Source: a phage. From it: a DNA stretch of 64,000 nucleotides. The translations under genes and the position numbers were made by a program. Under the pieces are notes generated by a model. It made no database searches and was not told the origin of the DNA. It saw nothing but the letters and a program-made list of their open reading frames with translations. The stretch lies in sequence record PZ445551.1; one strand, written 5' to 3'. Of this stretch, positions 18,212-26,277 are shown one piece after another. Each line of letters opens with the position of its first letter. Within the stretch, counting starts at the first letter, position 1.

Positions 18212-18349
18212 ATGAACGCATCACAGCAGATCGAAAAATTCAACCGCAGCAAGGCGCGTAAAGATTGGAACGAAGAGATCACCAAAAAAGGCGACAAGCG
18301 GAACAAAACAAAGAGAGATCGCAGCACAAAAAGATACTGGAACGAATAA
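18212..18349 (+). CDS. small Lys/Arg-rich protein (about 45 aa)
   Basis: Not in ORF track; SD AAGAGGAAGAAAC; followed by terminator. Confidence 0.4.
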   Translation: MNASQQIEKFNRSKARKDWNEEITKKGDKRNKTKRDRSTKRYWNE

Positions 18350-18353
18350 CAAA

Positions 18354-18378
18354 AAGGGCGCAATAAGCGCCCTTTTAG
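18354..18378 (+). terminator. rho-independent terminator
   Basis: Hairpin GGGCGCAATAAGCGCCC followed by TTTTAGC. Confidence 0.6.
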
Positions 18379-18466
18379 CTTATATAGAGGCTTGTTACCC
18401 ATAGGCAATGGTAACGCCAGGATAAGCCTATAAACCACGTTAGACAGCTTTACAGGAGCTTTAAAA

Positions 18467-18649
18467 ATGAAATTAGACGAAATAAGCAAGGCACTAGCCC
18501 AGGGGCAAAGGTTATGCGCCCGATATCGTGATCAATATGGCTTCATAACTAGCGGCGTGATCCTGGGGATTGAAGGCAATAAGATTTTTATTGACACGTT
18601 GAAAAACGTTGTATATAGTGACAATATAATCTCAATAAAACATATATGA
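18467..18649 (+). CDS. hypothetical protein (60 aa)
   Basis: ORF with upstream SD ACAGGAGC. Confidence 0.5.
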   Translation: MKLDEISKALAQGQRLCARYRDQYGFITSGVILGIEGNKIFIDTLKNVVYSDNIISIKHI

Positions 18650-18657
18650 GGCAAGAA

Positions 18658-19059
18658 ATGAAAAAATTATTGATCGCTGGTTTAATCTCTTTTGGCATGG
18701 TTGGAACATCTAGCGCGGCGATATCCTCCACAGTAGCAGAATTAAGCGCCGTTGATGCAATGGAAAACGTCATGCTTATTAATAACGCGATCCCCGATGA
18801 AATCATGGAGGATTCACACATGATCGCTTATGGTGCTGTTACACAACTAACGGCAAAAATAGATAAATCTATTGTTAACGGCTTAAATGAAGATGTGCCA
18901 TGTGAAATTATTACCAGTGTGCTGACTACTCAAAATTTTACGCCGTGGTTAAAAAGTATTCAAAAAGTACACAGTACAGCCGCAGATCGTAGCAATGAAA
19001 AACTAGTGTCAGCACTTGCAACGTATACCCTAGCAAAATGCACCGAGATAAAAGATTGA
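18658..19059 (+). CDS. putative secreted protein (signal peptide MKKLLIAGLISFGMVGTSSAA)
   Basis: Start refined to MKKLL with SD GAGG; N-terminal signal-like hydrophobic segment ending in SSA-A. Confidence 0.55.
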   Translation: MKKLLIAGLISFGMVGTSSAAISSTVAELSAVDAMENVMLINNAIPDEIMEDSHMIAYGAVTQLTAKIDKSIVNGLNEDVPCEIITSVLTTQNFTPWLKSIQKVHSTAADRSNEKLVSALATYTLAKCTEIKD

Positions 19060-19106
19060 CAACATAGAAAGCACGTTATAAGATACACACAACAAAGGAG
19101 AACTAC

Positions 19107-19409
19107 ATGAACGGCATAGCTAAAACGTTTTTTCTTTTTTCTGGTGTAAATGATCCATCAATAAAAGTCGATAGTGTAAAAGAAAACAATACTATCACCG
19201 CTAAATTGTTTCAAGATGAAACAAATAACGTGCTAATCATTAATCTTAAAGAAGTAACTAAAGGTTATTATACTATTGCTTACCATGCGATTTATCATGC
19301 TGGTACTAGTGAGGAAGTGCAAACAAGCAACAACGAAAGCGCGGCGCTACCTGGTGATCTGGTGCTGGGCGTTATCAGTTTAATTGTCAATGATTTTTTT
19401 AAGGAGTAA
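19107..19409 (+). CDS. hypothetical protein (100 aa)
   Basis: ORF after TTGACA/TATAAG promoter-like element and SD AAAGGAGAA. Confidence 0.55.
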   Translation: MNGIAKTFFLFSGVNDPSIKVDSVKENNTITAKLFQDETNNVLIINLKEVTKGYYTIAYHAIYHAGTSEEVQTSNNESAALPGDLVLGVISLIVNDFFKE

Positions 19410-19413
19410 AACC

Positions 19414-19509
19414 ATGCCCTATTTACATTTATTTTTCGGTATCTTATTGACAGGATCTTTTTTCTTCTGTATGCTTGTTTCTATTGTAAACCACGTTTTA
19501 AGACATTAA
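19414..19509 (+). CDS. small hydrophobic peptide (about 31 aa)
   Basis: Not in ORF track; SD AAGGAG upstream; weak. Confidence 0.3.
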   Translation: MPYLHLFFGILLTGSFFFCMLVSIVNHVLRH

Positions 19510-19518
19510 GGAAACAGC

Positions 19519-19638
19519 ATGAAAATTATTCCCGTACAATATAGCGTAATAAATCCAGCATACGAGGAAGGAAGGAAAACAAGCATGGCTTTATGTTGTA
19601 TTGCTACTATAGCCATGTTGTTATATATTGTGTTTTAA
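19519..19638 (+). CDS. small hydrophobic peptide (about 39 aa)
   Basis: Not in ORF track; SD AAGGAAACAGC; weak. Confidence 0.3.
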   Translation: MKIIPVQYSVINPAYEEGRKTSMALCCIATIAMLLYIVF

Positions 19639-19738
19639 TAGGTTTTATAGTTGTACGCTTTAAGGGCTTGACAATTTTTTGTTATGCTTTAAACTATATC
19701 TTGAAAACGGCAAAGGCCGCAAACAAAAGGGTAAAATT

Positions 19739-20062
19739 ATGAAATCTGTGATCGGTGTTTATTTGGATAACTCTGATTTTTTCTATCATCGCGCTCGTTT
19801 CCTTGATGCGATTGAAATGATAGAATCAGGCTTTAAAGAGTATCGCCTTGCACATGATGACCTGGAAGCATTACAGGGCAATAGTGTTTTTACATTGCAA
19901 GCTAAAGCACTATGCAAAAGCCGGATCGACATTGCGAGCAAAAAGATAGAACGCGGCATGTCCTGGTTGCGCACCGCAGAAATCAACATGGGGCAATGGT
20001 ACGGCGAAAACTTAGAAAATAAACATACTTTTGTCAATGTAGAAAATATTGAAGATTATTGA
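19739..20062 (+). CDS. hypothetical protein (107 aa)
   Basis: Start refined to MKSVIGVY downstream of TTGACA promoter-like element. Confidence 0.5.
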   Translation: MKSVIGVYLDNSDFFYHRARFLDAIEMIESGFKEYRLAHDDLEALQGNSVFTLQAKALCKSRIDIASKKIERGMSWLRTAEINMGQWYGENLENKHTFVNVENIEDY

Positions 20063-20124
20063 TTGACAGCACACCTAACGGGTAGTATATTGTATCTCAT
20101 AGAGCGGGGAAATGGTTTCCCCGC
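20063..20124 (+). promoter_or_regulatory. promoter + 5' stem-loop cassette
   Basis: TTGACA with TAGTAT-like -10; hairpin GCGGGGAAATGGTTTCCCCGC. Confidence 0.55.
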
Positions 20125-20144
20125 CTTAAAAGAAGAGATAAGCT

Positions 20145-20429
20145 ATGAAGATCACAAAAGCACTTTCCAACTATGCAGCACGTCGCGGATTATGTTTAAC
20201 CGTTGAAAATTTAGGGAAAGAAGATTTTTTGTGCTTTTGGGAGCTTGAGAATGATAATGAGTGGATCTTCTCTTATTCTATCTGCGAAGATCAAAACGGT
20301 TGTTTATTAACCTGGCGCGGTAATATCTATTTACCGGAAGAAATCAAAGAAGAATTACCAGGCACGATCATGACTGAGAAACAGCTTAAGGAAGTGATCA
20401 ATTTTGTAGGGCAAAACATTAAAAAATAA
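20145..20429 (+). CDS. hypothetical protein (94 aa)
   Basis: ORF after promoter/stem-loop cassette. Confidence 0.55.
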   Translation: MKITKALSNYAARRGLCLTVENLGKEDFLCFWELENDNEWIFSYSICEDQNGCLLTWRGNIYLPEEIKEELPGTIMTEKQLKEVINFVGQNIKK

Positions 20430-20430
20430 T

Positions 20431-20488
20431 TTGACACTAGGCAAACAACGTAGTAAAGTTTATCACATAGGGCGGCAATAGTGCCGCT
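20431..20488 (+). promoter_or_regulatory. promoter + 5' stem-loop cassette
   Basis: TTGACA with TAAAGT-like -10; hairpin GGGCGGCAATAGTGCCGCTC. Confidence 0.55.
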
Positions 20489-20510
20489 CATAACAGAAGA
20501 GAAACAAATC

Positions 20511-20681
20511 ATGATCCCGACTATGTTTTATGTATCGCGCAAAGGTCACAATATTTTTTGGTCTGAAGATTTAAATGAAGCTATGACGTTTGCCCGTGAT
20601 CGTGTCGCTATCGGTGGCGTTAACATCACTGTAACCGATGAAAACGGCATTGAATACTATAACGGCGACGATGAAGAGTAA
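20511..20681 (+). CDS. hypothetical protein (56 aa)
   Basis: Start refined to MIPTMFYV downstream of stem-loop. Confidence 0.5.
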   Translation: MIPTMFYVSRKGHNIFWSEDLNEAMTFARDRVAIGGVNITVTDENGIEYYNGDDEE

Positions 20682-20725
20682 TCAACAAGGCGGGATTAAT
20701 CCCGCCTGTATTAAAGGGTAATATA

Positions 20726-20863
20726 ATGAAAACTTTCAACGCAACAGCCTCGACAATTGGTTATATTATTACAGTGCAAGCCGTTGACCTGGTAGCGGCA
20801 GCAAACAAGATTAAAAAGATGATCCCAACAGGCAGCGAATTTTCCGTTTGGGAAGTAAAATAA
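20726..20863 (+). CDS. small protein (about 45 aa)
   Basis: Not in ORF track; preceded by palindrome GGCGGGATTAATCCCGCC and SD-like AAGGGTAA. Confidence 0.4.
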   Translation: MKTFNATASTIGYIITVQAVDLVAAANKIKKMIPTGSEFSVWEVK

Positions 20864-20865
20864 AT

Positions 20866-20924
20866 CTTGACAATAGTTTATTACTTGATAGAATGTATTT
20901 CGTAGGGCGGCAATAGTGCCGCTC
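20866..20924 (+). promoter_or_regulatory. promoter + 5' stem-loop cassette
   Basis: TTGACA, 16 nt, TAGAAT; hairpin GGGCGGCAATAGTGCCGCTC. Confidence 0.6.
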
Positions 20925-20945
20925 ACAACTAAAAGAGAAATCATC

Positions 20946-21140
20946 ATGGCGCTTAAAAAATTAACAAGCAATACTCGTTGGGATGAAATCGACGGGGAAG
21001 TATACATTTTCGCCCGTAAACCAGGTGATCAAAAATGGTCAAAGGCTTTTACTTGCCACCCTGCAACAATAGATCTAATAAAAAGTAAAGGTTTACGTGA
21101 AGCAGTAGCGAGAAGTTTACTGATCCCTTATAAAAAATAG
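20946..21140 (+). CDS. hypothetical protein (64 aa)
   Basis: Start refined to MALKKLTS downstream of stem-loop. Confidence 0.5.
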   Translation: MALKKLTSNTRWDEIDGEVYIFARKPGDQKWSKAFTCHPATIDLIKSKGLREAVARSLLIPYKK

Positions 21141-21141
21141 T

Positions 21142-21203
21142 TTGACAATATGCTGTTATCTGGTAAAGTGTACGACATAGGGCGGGGCAATAAGGCAACG
21201 CCC
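21142..21203 (+). promoter_or_regulatory. promoter + variant 5' stem-loop
   Basis: TTGACA with TAAAGT-like -10; GC-rich imperfect hairpin GGGCGGGGCAATAAGGCAACGCCC. Confidence 0.45.
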
Positions 21204-21221
21204 ATTAATGAGGGTAGAATC

Positions 21222-21326
21222 ATGTTAGAGAAAATTTTCACGGTTGTAGTAGTTGGCCTGGCGTTATCGGTTGGATTGGTTGCAACTATGGCTAACATGA
21301 TCCTATCTTCCCACGGTATTGGATAA
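21222..21326 (+). CDS. small hydrophobic peptide (about 34 aa)
   Basis: Not in ORF track; single predicted TM helix. Confidence 0.35.
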   Translation: MLEKIFTVVVVGLALSVGLVATMANMILSSHGIG

Positions 21327-21336
21327 GGTGAATCAA

Positions 21337-21552
21337 ATGATCACGAATAAGACAGGTAAAACAGAATTTTTACGCGGCTTGCAAATAGGTAAACCTGAGA
21401 TCTGGCATTGCACTAAATCCGCGCATAATGAAATGAAAGATTTTACCGCTACTTTACAACGTGTTAAAATATCTATCACGCAGAAAAAAGCCTTGTTAGT
21501 AGTAGAAAACGAGATACCGCAAACCATTATTATTGTCGAGCGTACAGCATGA
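21337..21552 (+). CDS. hypothetical protein (71 aa)
   Basis: Start refined to MITNKTGK. Confidence 0.5.
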   Translation: MITNKTGKTEFLRGLQIGKPEIWHCTKSAHNEMKDFTATLQRVKISITQKKALLVVENEIPQTIIIVERTA

Positions 21553-21935
21553 AAACTGAAATCATTATTGAAATCATCAACGGTTATAAAGAAGCCTTTA
21601 TTTTTGCTGAATCAGCCAGGGATCATGAAGGCTATTTTATTGATAACTTAGACGATTATGATTTTTCAGATCAAGCCCATCAGCGGATCATTCATGACGT
21701 AGCGGCTTATTGTGATGCCAATGATGCTGCTATCTCTGAGGCAATGAGCGACGGCGCTACAGCAAACCAGATCGGGAATGATTTACATTTTACCCGTAAC
21801 GGTCACGGCGTAGGCTTTTGGGATCGCCCTGAAATATACACTACTAACACCGCCAACCGCCTAACAAATGCAGCTAAATTAATGCCATCGGTGCATGCTT
21901 ACATTGGTGAAGATAATTTGATTTATATTGAATAA
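21549..21935 (+). CDS. hypothetical protein (128 aa)
   Basis: ATGA overlap with upstream gene. Confidence 0.55.
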   Translation: MKTEIIIEIINGYKEAFIFAESARDHEGYFIDNLDDYDFSDQAHQRIIHDVAAYCDANDAAISEAMSDGATANQIGNDLHFTRNGHGVGFWDRPEIYTTNTANRLTNAAKLMPSVHAYIGEDNLIYIE

Positions 21936-21941
21936 AAAGTA

Positions 21942-22000
21942 TTGACACCGATCCCCCATATGGTATTATTTACCACGTAGGCGGGAAATGGTTTCCCGCC
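21942..22000 (+). promoter_or_regulatory. promoter + 5' stem-loop cassette
   Basis: TTGACA with TATTAT-like -10; hairpin GGCGGGAAATGGTTTCCCGCC. Confidence 0.55.
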
Positions 22001-22023
22001 AGGTAATCAAAAAGGTAAATACT

Positions 22024-22413
22024 ATGCGCAACCTGGTTTCTGTTTCTAACGTTGAAAAATTTCAATCCTTGCAGGGTATCGTTAACAACGTAGCGCCTTT
22101 TTTAGTCAATGGCTTGATTGCAAAGATGAAAAATAAACATCATGCGGCATGGTCTGCTTACTGCTTTGATAATGATGAAAAAGCGGCTGAAATGATGTTA
22201 GATATGCTGTTAAATAGTGTAGAAACATCTTTACCGGAAAACATCGCAGAAGAGATCACCTATCGTTATAATATGGCGATCACTTACCAGGAGGTTGCGC
22301 AATTTAATATGATGGATGATGACGAACAACAGGATCAGGAAATGTTTTGGGAGTATGCAGATCGTCAATCGGCTTTTGATGAAAAGTTAGCGATGTATTA
22401 TAACGAATATTAA
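22024..22413 (+). CDS. hypothetical protein (129 aa)
   Basis: Start refined to MRNLVSVS downstream of stem-loop. Confidence 0.55.
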   Translation: MRNLVSVSNVEKFQSLQGIVNNVAPFLVNGLIAKMKNKHHAAWSAYCFDNDEKAAEMMLDMLLNSVETSLPENIAEEITYRYNMAITYQEVAQFNMMDDDEQQDQEMFWEYADRQSAFDEKLAMYYNEY

Positions 22414-22426
22414 TACACGGTAAAAG

Positions 22427-22455
22427 AAAGGGGCGCACTAAGCGCCCTTTTTTGT
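22427..22455 (+). terminator. rho-independent terminator
   Basis: Hairpin AGGGGCGCACTAAGCGCCCT followed by TTTTTTG. Confidence 0.65.
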
Positions 22456-22799
22456 ATTCTTTTTTCACGATGGAAGTAACACGTAAAGAATAAACGTAAA
22501 AGGTGGTGTAAAACAGCCTAAAACCGATTATAACCGCTTAAACAAGGTAGTAATGACTAATCACCTTGCCAGGATGAAAAAGCTGTTATAAAGCTATTTA
22601 GAGCGTTTAAAGCACATAGGAAATAATTTGCTTTTTATCTTGCCTTTTATCCTGCTTTTGATTATTATTATGGAACGGGCGGCACCTGGGGACAGGGGAA
22701 GGTAATCACCGGAAGATCCCGCTATATATTGATAGCTAATATCTATTAAACAACAAAACATCAAAGGAATAAACTATCAAATCTTTACAATTCTACCTA

Positions 22800-22859
22800 T
22801 TGACACAGGATCACCCTTATAATAAGATGTATCCAGTAGGGCGGGAAATGGTTTCCCGC
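22800..22859 (+). promoter_or_regulatory. promoter + 5' stem-loop cassette
   Basis: TTGACA, 17 nt, TAAGAT; hairpin GGGCGGGAAATGGTTTCCCGC. Confidence 0.6.
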
Positions 22860-22878
22860 TTGATATAGGAATCATACC

Positions 22879-23112
22879 ATGATCGAACAAATTAAAAGCA
22901 CTACACCAAATGTTAACGGCAATGTTTCACACTTTATCGGGGATAATGAAAGGGGTACACCATACGCCGCCGTAACCGTGCAACCTAATGGCGATTATTG
23001 GTTTACCGTGTACGGATCATATTCTTTCGGACGCCCGGCACATGATAAGATCTTGCAAGCGGTTAAGCCTACTGGGAAGAATATCACAGCAGAAAAATTT
23101 TATAAAAAATAG
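22879..23112 (+). CDS. hypothetical protein (77 aa)
   Basis: ORF after promoter/stem-loop cassette. Confidence 0.55.
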   Translation: MIEQIKSTTPNVNGNVSHFIGDNERGTPYAAVTVQPNGDYWFTVYGSYSFGRPAHDKILQAVKPTGKNITAEKFYKK

Positions 23113-23113
23113 C

Positions 23114-23142
23114 TTGCTTTATAGTCTCTGTTAATTTATAGT
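23114..23142 (+). promoter_or_regulatory. sigma70-like promoter without stem-loop
   Basis: TTGCTT, 17 nt, TATAGT. Confidence 0.45.
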
Positions 23143-23187
23143 TATCGTGTAGGGCAAACAATTTTAAACGGTAAACGAGGAATCACC

Positions 23188-23571
23188 ATGAGCAATATCA
23201 GCAACCTGGCGGCTACTGTAAACGGTAAAGATTTTAACGGCGCTGTAGATCGTGATCCTATGTGGTGCTTATCAGTGTTTAAAGGCGATCTGGTTGAAGT
23301 TAGAACAACCGAAGGGTATAGCGATGATTATAAATGCGAGATCCATTTACACAACTGGTACACGGGTAAAACTTATGCGCTGAATCATGCGTTTATCGGC
23401 AAGGTTGAATATAGAGAAATGATCGACGAAGAAACGGGGCAAGATTTTAGCGAGCATGTTTATATTCGTTCCGAGACATTAGCCGAACGTTTGATCGAGA
23501 AAATGAAAGCAAAAAATAAAATTAATTTATCTCATTGGATTGATATAACAAACGATCCAGCTTATCAGTAA
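23188..23571 (+). CDS. hypothetical protein (127 aa)
   Basis: ORF with SD AACGAGGAATCACC. Confidence 0.55.
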   Translation: MSNISNLAATVNGKDFNGAVDRDPMWCLSVFKGDLVEVRTTEGYSDDYKCEIHLHNWYTGKTYALNHAFIGKVEYREMIDEETGQDFSEHVYIRSETLAERLIEKMKAKNKINLSHWIDITNDPAYQ

Positions 23572-23585
23572 ATAACATTTCATAC

Positions 23586-23615
23586 CAGGGCGCACAAAGC
23601 GCCCTTTCTTTTTAC
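23586..23615 (+). terminator. rho-independent terminator
   Basis: Hairpin GGGCGCACAAAGCGCCC followed by TTTCTTTTT. Confidence 0.6.
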
Positions 23616-23817
23616 CTAAATAAAGATGATAGCTTTTACCTATCAAAAACGTTCACCGAAAAAAGTGAATAGATCGCGGTATCGAGCTAATCAAGGAGCA
23701 GATGAACAACCATACCATGAAGATCATAAGGCGCTTACAACGTGTTTTAGACCGCTTATTTTTAATTTCTCAATGTAACTATCTGGCAAAAACAGCCTTT
23801 TTCTTGTCTTTCCTCTT

Positions 23818-23895
23818 AAATGATAATCATTCTTATTTATAGCTGATTATTTATGCAATAAACTGAATAATGCAATAATGATAATCATTCTTAAC
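23818..23895. promoter_or_regulatory. two Fur-box-like sites
   Basis: AAATGATAATCATTCTTA and AATAATGATAATCATTCTTAAC. Confidence 0.45.
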
Positions 23896-24260
23896 TTATG
23901 ACCATCTAACCTATAAAATAATAAGTTATCTAACTAAATTAAAACTAATTATCTCACCTTTATTTATAACTTACTGTTACTATCTCATTGATAACCTTAT
24001 ATTAAACAACAATAACCAATATAAATCATTACTAAGCTAAATATAATCTATCTAACCTTTAAAACTATAACTATAATCTATCGAATTGTTGCACAAAGTA
24101 ACTATTAAATTGTTAGTAACATTACTAAATAATTAATATCCTATCTATTTATGATCTAATCTTTATCTTCCTATCTATTACCTAAATAATCATTTCATAC
24201 AGTAATCATTTCATACAATAATTATAACAAGAAATATAATTCGCAAGCGTATCATTAGCA

Positions 24261-24430
24261 GCCTATGCCGGACACATAGGCGGCTAATAATAACGCAACT
24301 ACACACCCCACATAATAACCATCACCGATAGTTATTATTTGTGCTTATGTAGCTTGCAACAATTGCAAGCGCAACAATATACATGGTATATTGTATCCCT
24401 TACATTGTTGCGGTGCGTTATTATTAGCTA
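24261..24430. repeat. nested palindromes flanked by perfect 15-bp inverted repeat
   Basis: GCTAATAATAACGCA ... TGCGTTATTATTAGC enclosing GCTTGCAACAATTGCAAGC and CAATATACATGGTATATTG; also GCCTATG..CATAGGC. Confidence 0.6.
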
Positions 24431-24757
24431 ATGTTTAGAACATTGGCTATAATATAAGCTAAGTAATAAGCTATGCAATAATAAACATGGTGAATAATGA
24501 CATTGATGATCATAATGCGCCACCTTCCAGGGGGCGCTATGTGAACACAAAGAAATCTTTCTTGTCAAGAAAAAATATTGCCATTATTGCGCAAAATTAT
24601 TTATATCTGAATAGATGATTTTTCATACTATTGCCCCATATAACATACCTCATTTGTTGAGCATAGTTATAGCCTATTTGTTGAGCCTACTTTCTTAAAA
24701 GCGCAATAAATCAGAATTATCTTGATTTTTAGTCTGTTTTATAGTATAGAAAGTATG

Positions 24758-24778
24758 CAAATGATAATCATTATCAGC
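24758..24778. promoter_or_regulatory. Fur-box-like site (best match)
   Basis: CAAATGATAATCATTATCAGC, about 17 of 19 matches to GATAATGATAATCATTATC. Confidence 0.45.
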
Positions 24779-24940
24779 TATCTTCCACGGGTAGCACTAT
24801 TTCACGCCAGATCATTTCATTTGGCAAGGTGTATATAGATGTTTAGACTTGCCAAGCCATTGATTTACTTAGAATTTATCTGTTTTGTTGTGAGTAGAGC
24901 CTTTCTTGCTCAGAAAATAATCAAAAGTCTTATAAGTCAT

Positions 24941-24977
24941 TGAATGATAATGCAAATGATAATTATTCTCATTGATA
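24941..24977. promoter_or_regulatory. Fur-box-like palindromic site
   Basis: TGAATGATAATGCAAATGATAATTATTCTCATTGATA. Confidence 0.4.
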
Positions 24978-25090
24978 TTTGAGGGGGACGGTCGGCAGAA
25001 ATCGGGGGGCGCTGAAAATCGCGTTAAGCACCTCTCGCAAGCGAGCAGTATTTTGCGGCAAGTTATTGATATTATTGGCTTTACGCTTAT

Positions 25091-25195
25091 GAAAAGGGGG
25101 TGTGTCGAAATAAATCGGGTATACCGGAAAATTTTTGTGGCATAGATATTTATTTGTCTATATTATGTACAAAAGGGTGTGTTAAAAATATTAGG
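25091..25195 (+). promoter_or_regulatory. two tandem copies of AAAAGGG(G)TGTGT-AAATA-GGTATA motif (candidate phage-specific promoter)
   Basis: GAAAAGGGGGTGTGTCGAAATAAATCGGGTATACC and CAAAAGGGTGTGTTAAAAATATTAGGTATATA, about 80 bp apart, upstream of cluster starting 25333. Confidence 0.35.
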
Positions 25196-25332
25196 TATAT
25201 ATAGAATAATTGATAGGGAAATCCTATACTAATTCCTCCATTAATGATGTTTCTATGTTACTGTTCTTGTAACAGATGAAAAGACGCTGTATGATGTGTG
25301 GCATGAAACGTAAATTTATAAAGGAGTCTGAT

Positions 25333-25692
25333 ATGTGTGTTCCTCTTAGCAGTCCACTGCTGTTAGAATTTTACAAAGCATGGATGGAAGATCATTCCTC
25401 AATGCATCGTGAGAATGTTGGTTTGTGTAATTGCCTTATGGATTACCTGGCAACCACTATGTCAAAGAAAAAACCTACGGAAGAAGATATAGAATATTTC
25501 AAGATGGTTCGTAGCAAAACGCTGGAAGAGATGAAACTGCAATTCACGTGTGCTGGGCTATCCTCCTTTCTACCCTTTAATTATGATCTTCTGTGTTATG
25601 AAGATGAAGGTAAGACACATTCTTGCCATACCAACCCAAAGAGATTGCAGTGGGTGAAAGATCGTATTGCCGATTCATGCAAGGGTGTGTAG
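25333..25692 (+). CDS. paralogous family A protein (Cys/His-rich), copy 1
   Basis: Shares L.FY..W, GLC.CL.D, F.CAGL...PFN and CH.N..R.QWV.DRI with ORFs at 25839, 28130, 29408; start refined with SD AAAGGAG. Confidence 0.6.
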   Translation: MCVPLSSPLLLEFYKAWMEDHSSMHRENVGLCNCLMDYLATTMSKKKPTEEDIEYFKMVRSKTLEEMKLQFTCAGLSSFLPFNYDLLCYEDEGKTHSCHTNPKRLQWVKDRIADSCKGV

Positions 25693-25693
25693 A

Positions 25694-25849
25694 ATGTTGG
25701 AATTGATTGGGATAGTTTGGTTAATGATAAAAGCAGGTTTCGTCGGTTTCGGACTTCTTATAATTTTGTGTATGTTCCTTAGTGCAATACAGGCATTCTT
25801 TTATCTGCTAGGTAGAATACTTAAGTTGGGAGGTGATAATGAAAAGTAA
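25694..25849 (+). CDS. small membrane protein (51 aa)
   Basis: Two hydrophobic helices; start refined to MLELIGIV. Confidence 0.45.
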   Translation: MLELIGIVWLMIKAGFVGFGLLIILCMFLSAIQAFFYLLGRILKLGGDNEK

Positions 25850-26207
25850 TATTCCGTTGAGTAGTGCAGCTTTAATACGATTCTATAAAGCATGGATTGC
25901 CAACCATCCTGCAATGAATCGCACAACGAGTGGCTTATGTGGTTGTCTGGTAGATTATGTAGATGATTTTGTTGGTGAGATAACTAGAGAAGAAGATAAA
26001 AGATGGCGTGATCGTTTGTTGGATAGTTTGAAATACGAAATGAGGAAACAATTTACATGTGCAGGACTGGACTACAATCTTCCGTTCAATGCAGATTGCA
26101 TGGATTACCTTTCAGAGTGTATAGACTTGGCGTGTCATACCAACACGTTACGTCTTCAATGGGTGAAAGACAGAATCGAAGATGCAAATAATGCTTGCAT
26201 TGAATAG
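25839..26207 (+). CDS. paralogous family A protein, copy 2
   Basis: Conserved family A motifs; SD GGGAGGTG upstream. Confidence 0.6.
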   Translation: MKSNIPLSSAALIRFYKAWIANHPAMNRTTSGLCGCLVDYVDDFVGEITREEDKRWRDRLLDSLKYEMRKQFTCAGLDYNLPFNADCMDYLSECIDLACHTNTLRLQWVKDRIEDANNACIE

Positions 26208-26277
26208 AAATGTCTGTACACTGTGTTCCATAAGATATACAATATCGCGCATAACAAACTACTAATGAGAGGTGTAA

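Noticed and set aside
13868-22859. GC-rich hairpins considered as rho-independent terminators
   Set aside because: Most lack a downstream U-tract and lie between a promoter -10 and the SD of the next gene, so they fit 5' leader stem-loops; true terminators with U-tracts are annotated separately.
23626-23839. Two overlapping short ORFs in different frames at the start of the large noncoding region
   Set aside because: Weak SD spacing, overlap with Fur-like boxes and low-complexity translation; likely noncoding.
12380-25275. Searched noncoding regions for tRNA genes, expected near lysozyme in T4-type phages
   Set aside because: No GGTTCGAAT-type T-loop with matching acceptor stem was seen in any intergenic region; cannot exclude divergent tRNAs without tRNAscan-SE.
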